DNA from: Trichodesmium erythraeum IMS101
GTDB lineage: Bacteria; Cyanobacteriota; Cyanobacteriia; Cyanobacteriales; Microcoleaceae
Length of the DNA stretch: 32,000 nucleotides
Direction: 5' to 3'
Assembly: GCF_000014265.1 (NCBI RefSeq)
Contig: NC_008312.1
Span: forward strand, 2,010,001 to 2,042,000
A program made the translations under genes and the position numbers. The first letter of the stretch is position 1, and each line of letters opens with the position of its first letter. Below are positions 11,465 to 21,391 of this stretch, in pieces. A model generated the notes under the pieces. It did not search any database. It saw only the letters and a program-made list of their open reading frames with translations, and was not told the DNA's origin.

Positions 11465-11635
11465 AGTTTTTAGTACTAAGCCTTGGTAATATCAATCTAA
11501 TCATTGCAGTTTAAATCAAAGCTTCACTAATCTCAGGTAGTTGTTCATACTTGATAGCTAAATGTCGGTTTTGAACTAGCCATGCAAAAGTTCTCTCTAC
11601 TACCCATCGTCTGGGTAAGACTTCAATTTTTTAAC
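11465..11635 (-). pseudogene. IS5-family transposase C-terminal remnant
   Basis: Minus strand reads [48 protein letters not shown], the canonical [11 protein letters not shown]...YE....SEA..Y.AMIRLML C-terminus of IS5-type DDE transposases. Everything upstream is replaced by another IS fragment. Confidence 0.6.
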
Positions 11636-11639
11636 TATT

Positions 11640-11955
11640 ATACCATTTATCAAAAAAAATGCTCTACTTAAATAGATATGAAAAATGTTGTATTAGTCCC
11701 ACGGCAAGCCAATAACTCGTAACTACCCGATGTTGGTTGCATAAAAGAATGCCCGAAATTAGTATAACGAAGCATTCATAAGTGGCATCACGACTAAACA
11801 CTGGATGTAAGTTGATCAATATTTGCTCTAGACGAAGTATTATATGCATCCCGAGAGTATTAGCTGGTCAAATTTAAGAATCATTAACCAGTGTGCACCA
11901 TTCCCTGACATAAGAGCGGGGAATGTTTTTTTTCTACCGAGAACTTTGTACTGTC
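11640..11955 (-). mobile_element. Left end plus N-terminal transposase fragment of an unclassified IS (40-bp terminal repeat family)
   Basis: The terminal sequence GACAGTACAAAGTTCTCGGTAGAAAAAAAACATTCCCCGCT (minus strand, 11955-11915) is followed ~65 bp later by ORF 11849-11664 (MHIILRLEQILINLHPVFSRDATYECFVILISGILL...VVTSYWLAVGL). This resembles N-termini of cyanobacterial IS4-superfamily-like transposases. The same terminal sequence recurs at 13485-13524. Confidence 0.45.
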
Positions 11956-12107
11956 TGGTAATAAATAATAGTAATTAATTTTACTTAGGAATTTATAGGT
12001 TTTAGCTCTAAGATAGATACAATTCAAGCTCTCCTACAAACTTTTTTGATAACAAAACAGGTTTATGATCAAGAACAAGCAAGATATCCATGCCACAAAA
12101 CTATCTA

Positions 12108-13112
12108 CTATAAATTTTCAATTACCTTATCAATCAAATCACAACCTTGCGCTACAGTTTGTACTTTTGCCAACTGACCCCGCAACTCACCTGCTCCTGG
12201 AAAACCCTTAGAATACCAAGTCAAATGCTTACGAGCTTGACGAATCCCGCGATCGCCTTTATATTCCCATAGTGCCCGTAAATGCTCTTTAGCACACTCC
12301 AGTTTTTCTGCTGCAGTTGGTGATACTTTTTTTACACCATTTTTCAAAAAATAATCAATTTCTCCCACTAAAAAAGGATAACCTAAAGTTCCACGGGAGC
12401 ACATTACTCCATCTGCTCTAGTTTCCTCCAAACAACGTATTGCAGCATCAACAGAGAAAATATCTCCATTAGCAATAACTGGGATAGAAAGTATTTCCTT
12501 AACTTTTGTAATCCATTCCCATCTGGCCGGGCCATTATATCCTTGGGCACGAGTCCGACCATGTAAAGTTAACATTTGGGCACCTGCATCTTCCATTCTT
12601 TGAGCAAATTCGAGAATATTAATTTCTTGATTACTCCAACCAATTCTTGTTTTTACAGTAACAGGAATAGGAACAGCTTTAACAACTTTACTAACAATTT
12701 CTCCAGCTAATTCTGGTTGTCTTAATAATGAAGAACCCCCGCCGTTTTTTGTGATTTTATTAACAGGACAACCCATATTAATATCAACAGTATCAGCTCC
12801 TTCTTTTACAGCCATTTCTGCTGCTTCTGCTAAGAAATCTGGACGACAATCAAATAATTGAATACTTATTGGTCGCTCATTATTATCAACCTCCATTATT
12901 TGAGGTAATTCTTTTACATAATGTAACCCTGTAGCATTTACCATTTCAGTGTACATCATTGACTCTGGAGCATGACGACGTACTAGACGACGAAATACTA
13001 AGTCTGTTACTCCTGATAATGGTGATTGAAGGACACGACTTTTAACTTCAAAGTTGCCAATTTTTAGTGGAGTAGATAATTTTTTCTTTAATTCAGGAGA
13101 TAGAATAGTCAT
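12108..13112 (-). CDS. dusB: tRNA-dihydrouridine synthase
   Basis: 334-aa ORF. Dus hallmarks are SPLSGVTDLVFRRLVRR, DINMGCPVNKI (signature with the catalytic Cys) and LTLHGRTRAQ. The length fits a TIM barrel plus C-terminal helical domain. Confidence 0.88.
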   Translation of the reverse strand: MTILSPELKKKLSTPLKIGNFEVKSRVLQSPLSGVTDLVFRRLVRRHAPESMMYTEMVNATGLHYVKELPQIMEVDNNERPISIQLFDCRPDFLAEAAEMAVKEGADTVDINMGCPVNKITKNGGGSSLLRQPELAGEIVSKVVKAVPIPVTVKTRIGWSNQEINILEFAQRMEDAGAQMLTLHGRTRAQGYNGPARWEWITKVKEILSIPVIANGDIFSVDAAIRCLEETRADGVMCSRGTLGYPFLVGEIDYFLKNGVKKVSPTAAEKLECAKEHLRALWEYKGDRGIRQARKHLTWYSKGFPGAGELRGQLAKVQTVAQGCDLIDKVIENL

Positions 13113-13114
13113 TT

Positions 13115-13163
13115 CAGTTATTACTTATCAGTTATTACTTATCACTTATCAGTTATCAGTACC
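13115..13163. repeat. STRR-like heptanucleotide tandem repeat (7 units, consensus YASTTAT on + strand)
   Basis: It reads CAGTTAT TACTTAT CAGTTAT TACTTAT CACTTAT CAGTTAT CAGTACC, starting 2 nt upstream (in mRNA sense) of the dusB ATG at 13112-13110. Confidence 0.85.
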
Positions 13164-13484
13164 TCTGAATAAATTAGGAGGCAAGAAAATACGTAATGCG
13201 TTTTTTTTATCCCTTCAAAAAGGGAAGCTATTGACCTAATTTATTGATTATTACTCAACAGAATTAATTTAATATTTTGATGAGTTATACCAAATTATTT
13301 CTCAAAAGCTTTACTATATTTTGATTTTCTATTTCTAAATACTATTTATTGGCATAATTTCATTTTTAACTAACCTATGTTATTTTTTTGAGTTATTTTG
13401 AATACTTTTCGAGTGTACCATGACTTTTAATGAATGGCGTCATACAAATTCTCAAAATTTTTGCGATATTTTAATTTTCTACGA

Positions 13485-14200
13485 GACAGTACAAAGTTCT
13501 CGGTAGAGAAAAACATTCCCCGCTAAACAGTCAGGAAATTTTGAGGAAAAAGACTGCTTCACTACAGAAAATCTAATACTTGAGACTAAGATGGTGACTC
13601 TCAGATATCGCTGTTTTTACTTGCATTAGGACTCTTATGTTAAAAGAGTTCCCTTTGTACTAGCTGTGTTGGCAAAGGGCAAAAAAATAATACTGCTGTC
13701 AACTGATATCAGTCTATCTGTCGCAGAAATGTTGAACGCTTACAGTTGTATTTTAAAGATTAAAGTCACTTTCGGGAACTTAATTTAACTATTATCCAGT
13801 TTTAGCTATCAGTTTTGGATGAAAGATATGACTCCGACTAAGGGGTTGCCGAAAGACCTTATTCTGAGCCGATATCTTCTGAAACAGCAGCAACAGTTTC
13901 ACAAGAAAAGTCGAAGCAATGGAACGGTTTGTACTCATCAACGCTATAGCTCTGGGTGTTTTACAACTACTTAGTCTAGAAATACATAAGACTGTATGGA
14001 AGAATTTTCCTCGTTGGTTTGGTACTTTACCCTCCAATGGTTATCCGAGTGAACAGATAGTTTGACTGACATAACAGCGAACAGAGGAAGTATATTTTAG
14101 CCAAAAGTATGTCAGGGCGACTTTTGATAAAATTCTTAAATGCTTGAGCAGCATTGACGATAAAGTCGACAACAGAGCATTTTATCACATGAAAGCAACT
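13485..14200 (+). mobile_element. Internally deleted, decayed copy of the same unclassified IS (left end + C-terminal transposase debris)
   Basis: 13485-13524 GACAGTACAAAGTTCTCGGTAGAGAAAAACATTCCCCGCT is about 38/40 identical to the inverted copy at 11915-11955. Downstream plus-strand frames (ILKIKVTFGNL, SYQFWMKDMTPTKGLPKDL, CMEEFSSLVWYFTLQWLSE) resemble C-terminal parts of DDE transposases but are full of stops. The family call is tentative. Confidence 0.4.
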
Positions 14201-14250
14201 GTTTTATGAATACAAAAACTTTTTACTGTCCAGTTTTCTATTTATAAATA

Positions 14251-15130
14251 CTATTTATTGAGGTGATATGAAGTGTAGCCAATAGTTCCTAAACCCCTAA
14301 CCATGAGACAAATCATGGTAATGTAAATCGTGGTCTCGGAGTTTTGAGACACATACTCGTAGTCTTTAGGACAGCGTCGATAGCAATTCTACCCTCCCTA
14401 GGTGCGCTCAACCACCCAACGTTTTTTGAGGAGAATGAAAACCTTTGATTCTTGAAGACATGGCACAATTTGCACTTACCACCCGTATCCATTAAAAACT
14501 GCACAAAAAGCTCGCCGCTATATCCTCCGTCTACCCAAACCAGATAGAGACGACGAACTTGCTCTCCCAATTGCTGTAATTTGGCTAAGACTTCCTTACC
14601 TCTTTCTCTTTCCGGACATTGGCGCAGCTCACCAGCACACACATAACTAGCCCCAAGGTATCCACTACTGTGTAGCGTTTTCGTCCTTTGCTTGGTTTGT
14701 GGGTGTCGTAACCCACAGCTTTATTCAGCATAGTGCTAGTAGGAACACTCTGACTATCTACAATCACTTCTCGTGGGCTTTCTTCTTGTCCAGACATAAC
14801 TCGGTTCAAATTTCGTAAACGTTGATAAATCGCATCCCAAGCTTTATCCAAGCGCCAGTTACGTAAATATGTGTCGACTGTCTGCCAGACTGGAAAATTA
14901 GCCCTCAGACTCGCCATTTACACCCTTGGACTGCTAGATAAAAAGTGGCGTTGATAACTGAGAACATGCAAACACAAGGAGAACGACCCCCTTTCTTAGC
15001 TGGAAGCAGCAATAGTTTAATCAACTCAAATTGTTCATAAGTCAGATTACTCGTATATACTTTACCCATTGTTTTGACAGCCTTATGTGTATTTTTCCTT
15101 AATCATACTTTACACCGTGTGAGCTTTTTT
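14251..15130 (-). pseudogene. IS5-family transposase pseudogene (near full length, at least 3 frameshifts/stops)
   Basis: The minus strand reads, in different frames:
- MGKVYTSNLTYEQFELIKLLLLPAKKGGRSPCVCMFSVINATFYLAVQGCKW from ATG at 15069-15067.
- ORF 14917-14585 (WQTVDTYLRNWRLDKAWDAIYQRLR...IVDSQSVPTS...GYDTHKPSKGRKRYTVVDTLGLVM).
- ORF 14642-14313 (LVWVDGGYSGELF).
- KRWVVERT*GG*NCYRRCPKDYEYVSQNSETTIYITMICLMVRGL.
The order is colinear with IS5/DDE_Tnp_1 transposases. Confidence 0.75.
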
Positions 15131-15134
15131 ACTC

Positions 15135-15520
15135 TCTCTCATACTTGTCAAACAGCCTAGGTCAGATATAAGAATCACAAAAAGAGCTAATAAGTCATCA
15201 CTATCTACAGCGATATGGCTCTTGCTACCCTCTCTGTTTAATGTCAGCAATAGCCGAAAAGCTCTCAAAGATTACTCAAAGAAATCAATTACAGAACAAC
15301 TATGGTGAAAACAAGTTTATACTACAGTCAGTAAATTAGCAAAATGGCTGAAATTTTTCCAAGATAAGGGAACCACCACACATGATATTAGATGGAAGAT
15401 ATAGTCTTTGAGCGATGTATCAACTTAATGAAACAGGATTCACGGTAGCCTTGCGTAGCAATATCGCTCCGGGGAATTATTTTTCTTCCTTCTCTATTAT
15501 ACACAAACAATGTTACCGGA
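15135..15520 (-). mobile_element. Possible small IS remnant (IS5/IS427-like) with terminal motif
   Basis: The minus strand starts with GTTTGTGTATAATAGAGAAGG (15516-15496), a motif recurring at 15742-15722 and 17854-17836. It also contains LNREGSKSHIAVDSDDLLALFVIL, reminiscent of the GG..TKIH..VD..G.PL block of IS5-group transposases. Weak. Confidence 0.3.
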
Positions 15521-15742
15521 CATGATATCAGCCCTTAAGGTTAATAATTCATAACTGGTAGCTGATCACTGACGGTTGAATGCTTACCAATAAACAATAA
15601 ATTTGGTTAACAATAAATATTGAAATTTGTGAAACTGTGAGAGTATATATTGGCAATTTCGCTCCGGGAAGCTACCAGAAAGCTCTAGATAATCAGCTAA
15701 TGGTCTTTGGGAACATTATTTTTTCTACATCTTATTATCAAA

Positions 15743-17152
15743 CTAAGTAGAAGGATGAGTCATATTTTCAGGAATCACAATTTCATCAAATTCCTTTCCC
15801 GAAACATAACCTAATTCCAAACAAGCTTGCTTTAAAGTTAAATCTTTTTCATGGGCAAAATGAGCAACTTCGGCAGCCCGATCATATCCAATTTTCGGAC
15901 TTAAAGCAGTCACTAACATCAAAGAATTTTCCAAATAAAATTCAATTTTTTTTCTATTTGGTTTCAAATCAACCAAGAGAAAATCAGTAAAATTATTACA
16001 ACTATCAGCAATCAAATTAATCGACTGAATCAAATTAAATATCATCATCGGTTTATAGGTATTCAATTCAAAATTCCCCTGGGCACCAGCCAAAGTGATC
16101 GCTGCATCATAACCCATCACCTGAGTCGCCACCATCGTCATTGCTTCACACTGAGTAGGATTAACTTTTCCTGGCATAATAGAAGATCCCGGTTCATTTG
16201 CAGGTAAAATCAACTCCCCAAACCCACATCTAGGTCCACTTCCCAACCACCGAATATCGTTAGCAATTTTCAGCAACGAACAAGCTAAAGTCTTCAAAGC
16301 ACCGCTCGCCATCACTATCCCATCATGAGCAGCTAAAGCAGCAAACTTATTAGGTGCAGACACAAAAGGCAACCCGGTTATTTCACTAATATGTTTCGCA
16401 GCAAGTTCAGCAAAGCCTTTCACCGTATTTAATCCTGTTCCCACTGCAGTACCACCTATAGCTAATTCATATAAATCTGGCAATGTATGAGTGATACGTT
16501 GCAAATTTGCATCTAGTTGCGCCACATACCCCGAAAATTCTTGTCCCAAAGTCAGTGGAACCGCATCTTGTAGGTGAGTGCGCCCTATTTTAACAATTTC
16601 ATCAAATTCTACTGATTTCTCTTGGAGTGCATCCCGGATTTTTTTGACTTTCGGCAGCAACTGTTTATGTAATGCTACTGCTGAAGAGATGTGCATAGCA
16701 GTAGGGAATGTGTCGTTAGATGACTGTGACATATTAACATGATCATTAGGATGTATCGGATTTTTGCTTCCCATTTTTCCACCAGCAATTTCGATCGCCC
16801 GGTTAGCTATGACTTCGTTAATATTCATATTGCATTGAGTGCCACTTCCTGTCATCCAAACTCGTAGCGGAAAATTTCTATCTAATTTTCCGGCAATAAT
16901 TTCTTCTGCTGCTTGAATGATTAATTTTGTTTTGTATTCTGGAAGTTTACCAAATTCCTGGTTAGTTTGGGCAACTGCTTTTTTGAGGATAGCAAATGCT
17001 TTGATAACTTCCAGTGGAATGTAGTCTTGCCCAATAGAGAAGTAGATAAGCGATCTTTGGGTTTGAGCGCCCCAATAACGGTCTGCTGGTACTTCAATAT
17101 TTCCCATACTATCCCTTTCAAGTCGCATTTTGGGGTGCTTTGATTCTGTCAT
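15743..17152 (-). CDS. fumC: Class II fumarate hydratase
   Basis: 469-aa ORF with the fumarate-lyase signature [18 protein letters not shown]-terminus [25 protein letters not shown] and the TQCE variant point to fumarase C rather than aspartase. Confidence 0.93.
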   Translation of the reverse strand: MTESKHPKMRLERDSMGNIEVPADRYWGAQTQRSLIYFSIGQDYIPLEVIKAFAILKKAVAQTNQEFGKLPEYKTKLIIQAAEEIIAGKLDRNFPLRVWMTGSGTQCNMNINEVIANRAIEIAGGKMGSKNPIHPNDHVNMSQSSNDTFPTAMHISSAVALHKQLLPKVKKIRDALQEKSVEFDEIVKIGRTHLQDAVPLTLGQEFSGYVAQLDANLQRITHTLPDLYELAIGGTAVGTGLNTVKGFAELAAKHISEITGLPFVSAPNKFAALAAHDGIVMASGALKTLACSLLKIANDIRWLGSGPRCGFGELILPANEPGSSIMPGKVNPTQCEAMTMVATQVMGYDAAITLAGAQGNFELNTYKPMMIFNLIQSINLIADSCNNFTDFLLVDLKPNRKKIEFYLENSLMLVTALSPKIGYDRAAEVAHFAHEKDLTLKQACLELGYVSGKEFDEIVIPENMTHPST

Positions 17153-17239
17153 AGTTAACCTTTGTGGTAAAGTGTATCTCTATATTTACCTATATCATTA
17201 CTTTTTATCTCCAGGGCTTAGTTAAATTTTTATTTTTTT

Positions 17240-17860
17240 ACTTTTTAGGCTTATGAACCTATCCCACCAATAAAATGGGATTAATCCAAATATGCATGGT
17301 GGCGAGCACTACAATTACTTCAATATTAGCATAAGTACCCTCCTATCCTACAACTAGGGGACGATATTTACGTTGATACCTGGTAAAACAACCCTCTTAT
17401 TGAAAACGAGGTACAGAAATTTTGATCGCATTTCCTGGTTTCTTTTTATCTTTCCCAAGTCATTTGGGCATTTGAGGTCTCATCCCTATTCGATACCTTG
17501 CTTGTCTTTGTCCTTGACCATCATATCCTTTATCCGTTGCAATGACTGAGAATTCCTTACATGGACAGCCTCCTTTGTCAGTTTTCAGATTCGTACTATC
17601 AATTTAGCGGAATTAGCTGTTCTCTTTCATTATCGTTAACGGGGGTAATACAGTTACCTACTGGTTATCCATTTCCTTGGCTCAAGGTATGAATTAAAAT
17701 TCCCTTCCCTTGATGGCCGTAAGCTACATCCTCTCCTCTACCCTGACCAAGGGGAAAAATAACCGTCCACAGCTGCATAGCTCCAATTGATTAATCCTTG
17801 ATTTTTGGCAATTCATAAAATTCGTCCTTCTATTATATCACAACAACGACAACCTGTTAT
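17240..17860 (-). pseudogene. IS5-family transposase remnant (terminal motif + C-terminal two thirds, decayed)
   Basis: The minus strand begins with GTTGTGATATAATAGAAGG (17854-17836). Frames then read IGAMQLWTVIFPLGQGRGEDVAYGHQGKGILIHTLSQGNG.PVGNCITPVNDNEREQLIPL ... YQRKYRPLVVG*EG ... ATMHIWINPIL, colinear with IS5-group DDE transposases (G.KG....H.L.D..G.PL......AN..E). Multiple stops. Confidence 0.55.
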
Positions 17861-17927
17861 CTAGGGGCTTTGGTGAATTAAGGTATGATTTGAGTTCATA
17901 GCGATCGCGATCTTAGGCAGAAAAATT

Positions 17928-18052
17928 ATGGAATGTCCAGAATGTTAATCAACTCACATCAATAAAAATGGCCAAAAGAAAGGAAAGCAAAACTACATCT
18001 GTGTTTATTGTGGTCGTCAATTTATTGATTGCTATGAAACTTATAGAGGTTA
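17928..18052 (+). pseudogene. IS1-family InsA-like zinc-finger fragment
   Basis: Reads MECPEC*STHINKNGQKKGKQNYICVYCGRQFIDCYETYRGY, the CPxC...NG...GKQxYxCxxCxRQF pattern of IS1 InsA, with an in-frame stop at codon 7. Truncated at ~18052. Confidence 0.5.
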
Positions 18053-18122
18053 TATAGTTATTCTGAATAAAAATGGTACAATATAGAAAGTAAAATATTA
18101 ACTAAAATAAACCATTTAAAGA

Positions 18123-18970
18123 ATGTCTTACAGCCTAGATTTACGAACAAGAGTCATTGATTATATTGAAAATGGAGGAAGTATTTTATCCGCCGCCAGA
18201 ATCTATAAAGTGGGACGTTCTACAATATATCGGTGGCTAGCAAGAGTAGAATTACAACCGACAAAAGTCACAAGACGCCAGCGAAAACTAGATTGGCAAG
18301 CATTAGAACAAGATGTGAAAGAAAATCCAGATTTAAGATTGTGCGATCGCGCTGTTAAGTTTGGAGTTAATATTAGTTCAATTAGTTATGCACTGCATCA
18401 AATGAAAATCACACAAAAAAAAAGAATTAAGGTATCGAGAAAGAAATAGACACTGAAAGAATAAAATACTATAAATTACTCAGAGAATTAAGCAAAAAAT
18501 ATGGGATATAAATCCTTGTATCTACTGATAAAATTGGATTTGAGTTAATCCAAGAATGTCTATATGCCTGGTCAAAGAGAGGGAAAAAAGTCAGAGGGTA
18601 GAAACAAGGCAAAAGGAAAAAAAGAGAAAACTTGGTAGCACAAAGAAGAAAAAGAAAGAAAGATTTAATGGCCCCAATGATTTTTGAAAGAAGCTTAAAC
18701 GCTGTTGGATTTTAGGGATGGTTAGAACAATATTTATTACCATCACTTGAGGGAAAATCAGTCCTAATAATGGACAATGTAGCAATTCATAGAAAAACCC
18801 TGATTAAAGAATTAGTCAATGGGCAAGGACATGAGGTTATATTTCTCCCTAAATACTCTCTAGATTTAAATGATTAATAACAGGACTTTGGCGCATTAAA
18901 GAAGAAAAGAATATACGAAAGAAAAGATAAATCTATTGATGATATAATTCAAGATTATTGTTCCTCTTAG
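18123..18970 (+). pseudogene. IS630-family transposase pseudogene (element B)
   Basis: The 108-aa ORF 18123-18449 is the HTH part (MSYSLDLRTRVIDYIENGGSILSAARIYKVGRSTIYRWL). Downstream frames keep the DDE region in order (LIQECLYAWSKRGKKVRG, KSVLIMDNVAIHRKTLIKELVNGQGHEVIFLPKYSLDLND**QDFGALKKK...IIQDYCSS*) but need several frameshifts and contain stops. Confidence 0.75.
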
Positions 18971-20290
18971 TGTCCCAGTCTTATTCATAATAACTATAGT
19001 TCCTATAATTGAGATATTTTGTCTTAGTTTTTGAGGTTTTTCTCCTCTAGCTCTTTTCCATTTTAAGGCTCTAGCATATAATCGAAGCATTCCCAAATTT
19101 ACTCCTCATTCATCTATAAAGACTAAATTATTAGCCTTTATTCCTCTGACTATTTCCCCATACTTTACTCTCTTATCTTGGAGTTGAACATTTTCTTTTT
19201 TAGCTGCATACAATATTTTTTTTTGAGACTATAGTCTAACTTTTCAGTTATCCAAAAATTGTAATTTTTCCTATTCTTTTTTAGCTGCATACAATATTTT
19301 TTTTGAGACTATAGCCTAACTTTTCAGTTATCCAAAAATTGTAATTTTTCCTATTCTTTTTTAGCTGCATACAATATTTTTTTTTGAGACTATAGTCTAA
19401 CTTTTCAGTTATCCAAAAATTGTAATTTTTCCTATTCTTTTTTAGCTGCATACAATATTTTTTTTGAGACTATAGCCTAACTTTTCAGTTATCCAAAAAT
19501 TGTAATTTTTCCTATTCTTTTTTAGCTGCATACAATATTTTTTTTTGAGACTATAGTCTAACTTTTCAGTTATCCAAAAATTGTAATTTTTCCTATTCTT
19601 TTTTAGCTGCATACAATATTTTTTTTGAGACTATAGCCTAACTTTTCAGTTATCCAAAAATTGTAATTTTTCCTATTCTTTTTTAGCTGCATACAATATT
19701 TTTTTTTGAGACTATAGTCTAACTTTTCAGTTATCCAAAAATTGTAATTTTTCCTATTCTTTTTTAGCTGCATACAATATTTTTTTTTGAGACTATAGCC
19801 TAACTTTTCAGTTATCCAAAAATTGTAATTTTTCCTATTCTTTTTTAGCTGCATACAATATTTTTTTTTGAGACTATAGCCTAACTTTTCAGTTATCCAA
19901 AAATTGTAATTTTTCCTATTCTTTTTTAGCTGCATACAATATTTTTTTTTGAGACTATAGTCTAACTTTTCAGTTATCCAAAAATTGTAATTTTTCCTAT
20001 TCTTTTTTAGCTGCATACAATATTTTTTTTTGAGACTATAGTCTAACTTTTCAGTTATCCAAAAATTGTAATTTTTCCTATTCTTTTTTAGCTGCATACA
20101 ATATTTTTTTTTGAGACTATAGTCTAACTTTTCAGTTATCCAAAAATTGTAATTTTTCCTATTCTTTTTTAGCTGCATACAATATTTTTTTTTGAGACTA
20201 TAGCCTAACTTTTCAGTTATCCAAAAATTGTAATTTTTCCTACTTTTACTCCTGTAGCTAGTTCCAGTAATAACATTTATCAAAAATAAT
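18971..20290 (-). pseudogene. IS630-family transposase pseudogene (element A), middle part, containing the 81-bp tandem amplification
   Basis: Minus-strand frames read LLELATGVKVGKITIFG (20283-20235), then the repeated WITEKLGYSLKKKYCMQLKK units. They continue as KKENVQLQDKRVKYGEIVRGIKANNLVFIDE*GVNLGMLRLYARALKWKRARGEKPQKLRQNISIIGT (19200-18975), colinear with IS630 transposases (..LKKLG.S.KKKT....E.....V...R..W......I....LVFIDESG.N..M.R.YARA..G.RA). Truncated at ~18971 by element B. Confidence 0.65.
19201..20243. repeat. Tandem array, 13 units of 80/81 bp
   Basis: The unit is TAGCTGCATACAATA-T(8-9)-GAGACTATAG(T/C)CTAACTTTTCAGTTATCCAAAAATTGTAATTTTTCCTATTCTTTT. TAG starts are at 19201, 19282, 19362, 19443, 19523, 19604, 19684, 19765, 19846, 19927, 20008, 20089 and 20170. 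The only variation is T-run length (9,8,9,8,9,8,9,9,9,9,9,9,9) and one T/C site (t,c,t,c,t,c,t,c,c,t,t,t,c). Confidence 0.97.
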
Positions 20291-20325
20291 GCTATACTTT
20301 AATGAACATGAAAACAGTGAATAAT

Positions 20326-21390
20326 ATGGCGTGTCTTGTTAAACTAGATATTCTGGAATCATCCAAAGAACTCCAAGAAATATTATCCTGACAGACAACA
20401 ATTGTTTCTCTTTTCAAAGGTACAAGCATTGTATTGGCACTTAATAGGAGCAGCAGATACTATTGAATATATATCAATGTTATTAGGACGTCATCGTACA
20501 AATTTATCACAATGGTTTGCTACCCACATAAAATTTAGCATAGAAGACTTATTGAACAATAGAAAAATTGTTAGTAAACCGAAAAAAATATCACCCATAT
20601 TAGACAATAAACTTAGAGCTGAACTAGAAGAATTAGAGGGTTTTAATAGTTATAATAAAATACAAATATGGTGGAAAGCATTGTGTGATATTAATCTAGT
20701 ATACTCAACAGTATACAGGTATGTTTATGAGCACTTAAAGGCAAAAAAAAAGTATATCATCCAGTGATTATTAAACGAAATTTAACAGATTTTGAAAAGT
20801 AAAAAAAATGCCATAACTGCCAGAAAAAGTTATTAAAAAATTTAAGTTCCAGGAAAAAATTATGGAAAAAAACTAGGTCATGGTGTAGTGATAAAACTAG
20901 AATAGGATGAAAAATTATTACGGGAAAAGTAATAACTATTAAAAGAATCAAGGGTAAAAAAACTCAAAAATGGCAGTATAAATATTTGTATTTATATAGA
21001 TTAAATTGAACCAAATTTAGGAGAAAGTTTTTTATATGAGTTTAGTAATGAGATAATTTTTCTTGGGAAATATTTTAGGAGATATTTTCCCAAAATCACC
21101 CTAATTATTTACATATAATTCAAGTAGATAATGCTAGATGTTATTAATCATTAAACTTAATAATTTCTGATAATATTGTTTTCATATTTACACTAATTTA
21201 TTGTTCAGAATTTAACCCGATAGAAAGGTTATAGTCAGGAATAAAATCAAAACTGAAGTGGATAATATTTGCAGATTTATCAGACATTTTGAGGAAATAT
21301 TTAAGCAAATTATACTGAATATTAACCAGGACTTATAGCTTCATTAATAGGATAGCAGTTGTTCCTTAAGGCTTTATAAAAAGTAAAACT
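20326..21390 (+). mobile_element. Heavily decayed IS630-family element (family X), copy 2, near full length
   Basis: Begins MACLVKLDILESSKELQEILS*. ORF 20402-20767 carries the HTH/linker region (LGRHRTNLSQWF...KPKKISPILDNKLRAELEELEGFNSYNKIQIWWKALCDINLVYSTVYRYVYEHLKAKKK). Downstream frames keep RYWCSDKTR-like, IQVDNARCY, FNPIERL and LKW blocks in IS630 order with many stops. Colinear with 5262-6290. Confidence 0.65.
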
Positions 21391-21391
21391 C

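Noticed and set aside
11915-13524. dusB as cargo of a transposon bounded by the 40-bp inverted repeats
   Set aside because: The orientation argues against it. In both copies the GACAGTAC terminus faces dusB and the transposase debris extends outward, so the repeats are the outer ends of two flanking IS copies rather than the ends of one element containing dusB.
18123-18449. The IS630 element B as a functional transposase made by programmed frameshifting at the A9 run (18414-18422)
   Set aside because: After either a -1 or a +1 shift, the downstream frames still contain several stops and need further frameshifts to follow the DDE region (for example LDLND**QDF). It is decayed rather than programmed.
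19201-20243. The 81-bp array, and the 70-bp array at 30001-30445, as CRISPR arrays
   Set aside because: The units are directly abutting with no unique spacers. The repeats are far longer than CRISPR repeats, and there are no cas genes or leader-like features. These are plain tandem repeats.
19603-20283. 226-aa ORF on the minus strand (MINVITGTSYRSKSRKNYNFWITEKLGYSLKKKYCMQLKK...)
   Set aside because: It is an artefact of seven consecutive in-frame 81-bp repeat units (27 aa each). It stops being open as soon as a unit has an 8-T run (80 bp). The sequence derives from a dead IS630 transposase segment, so it is not a repeat-protein gene.
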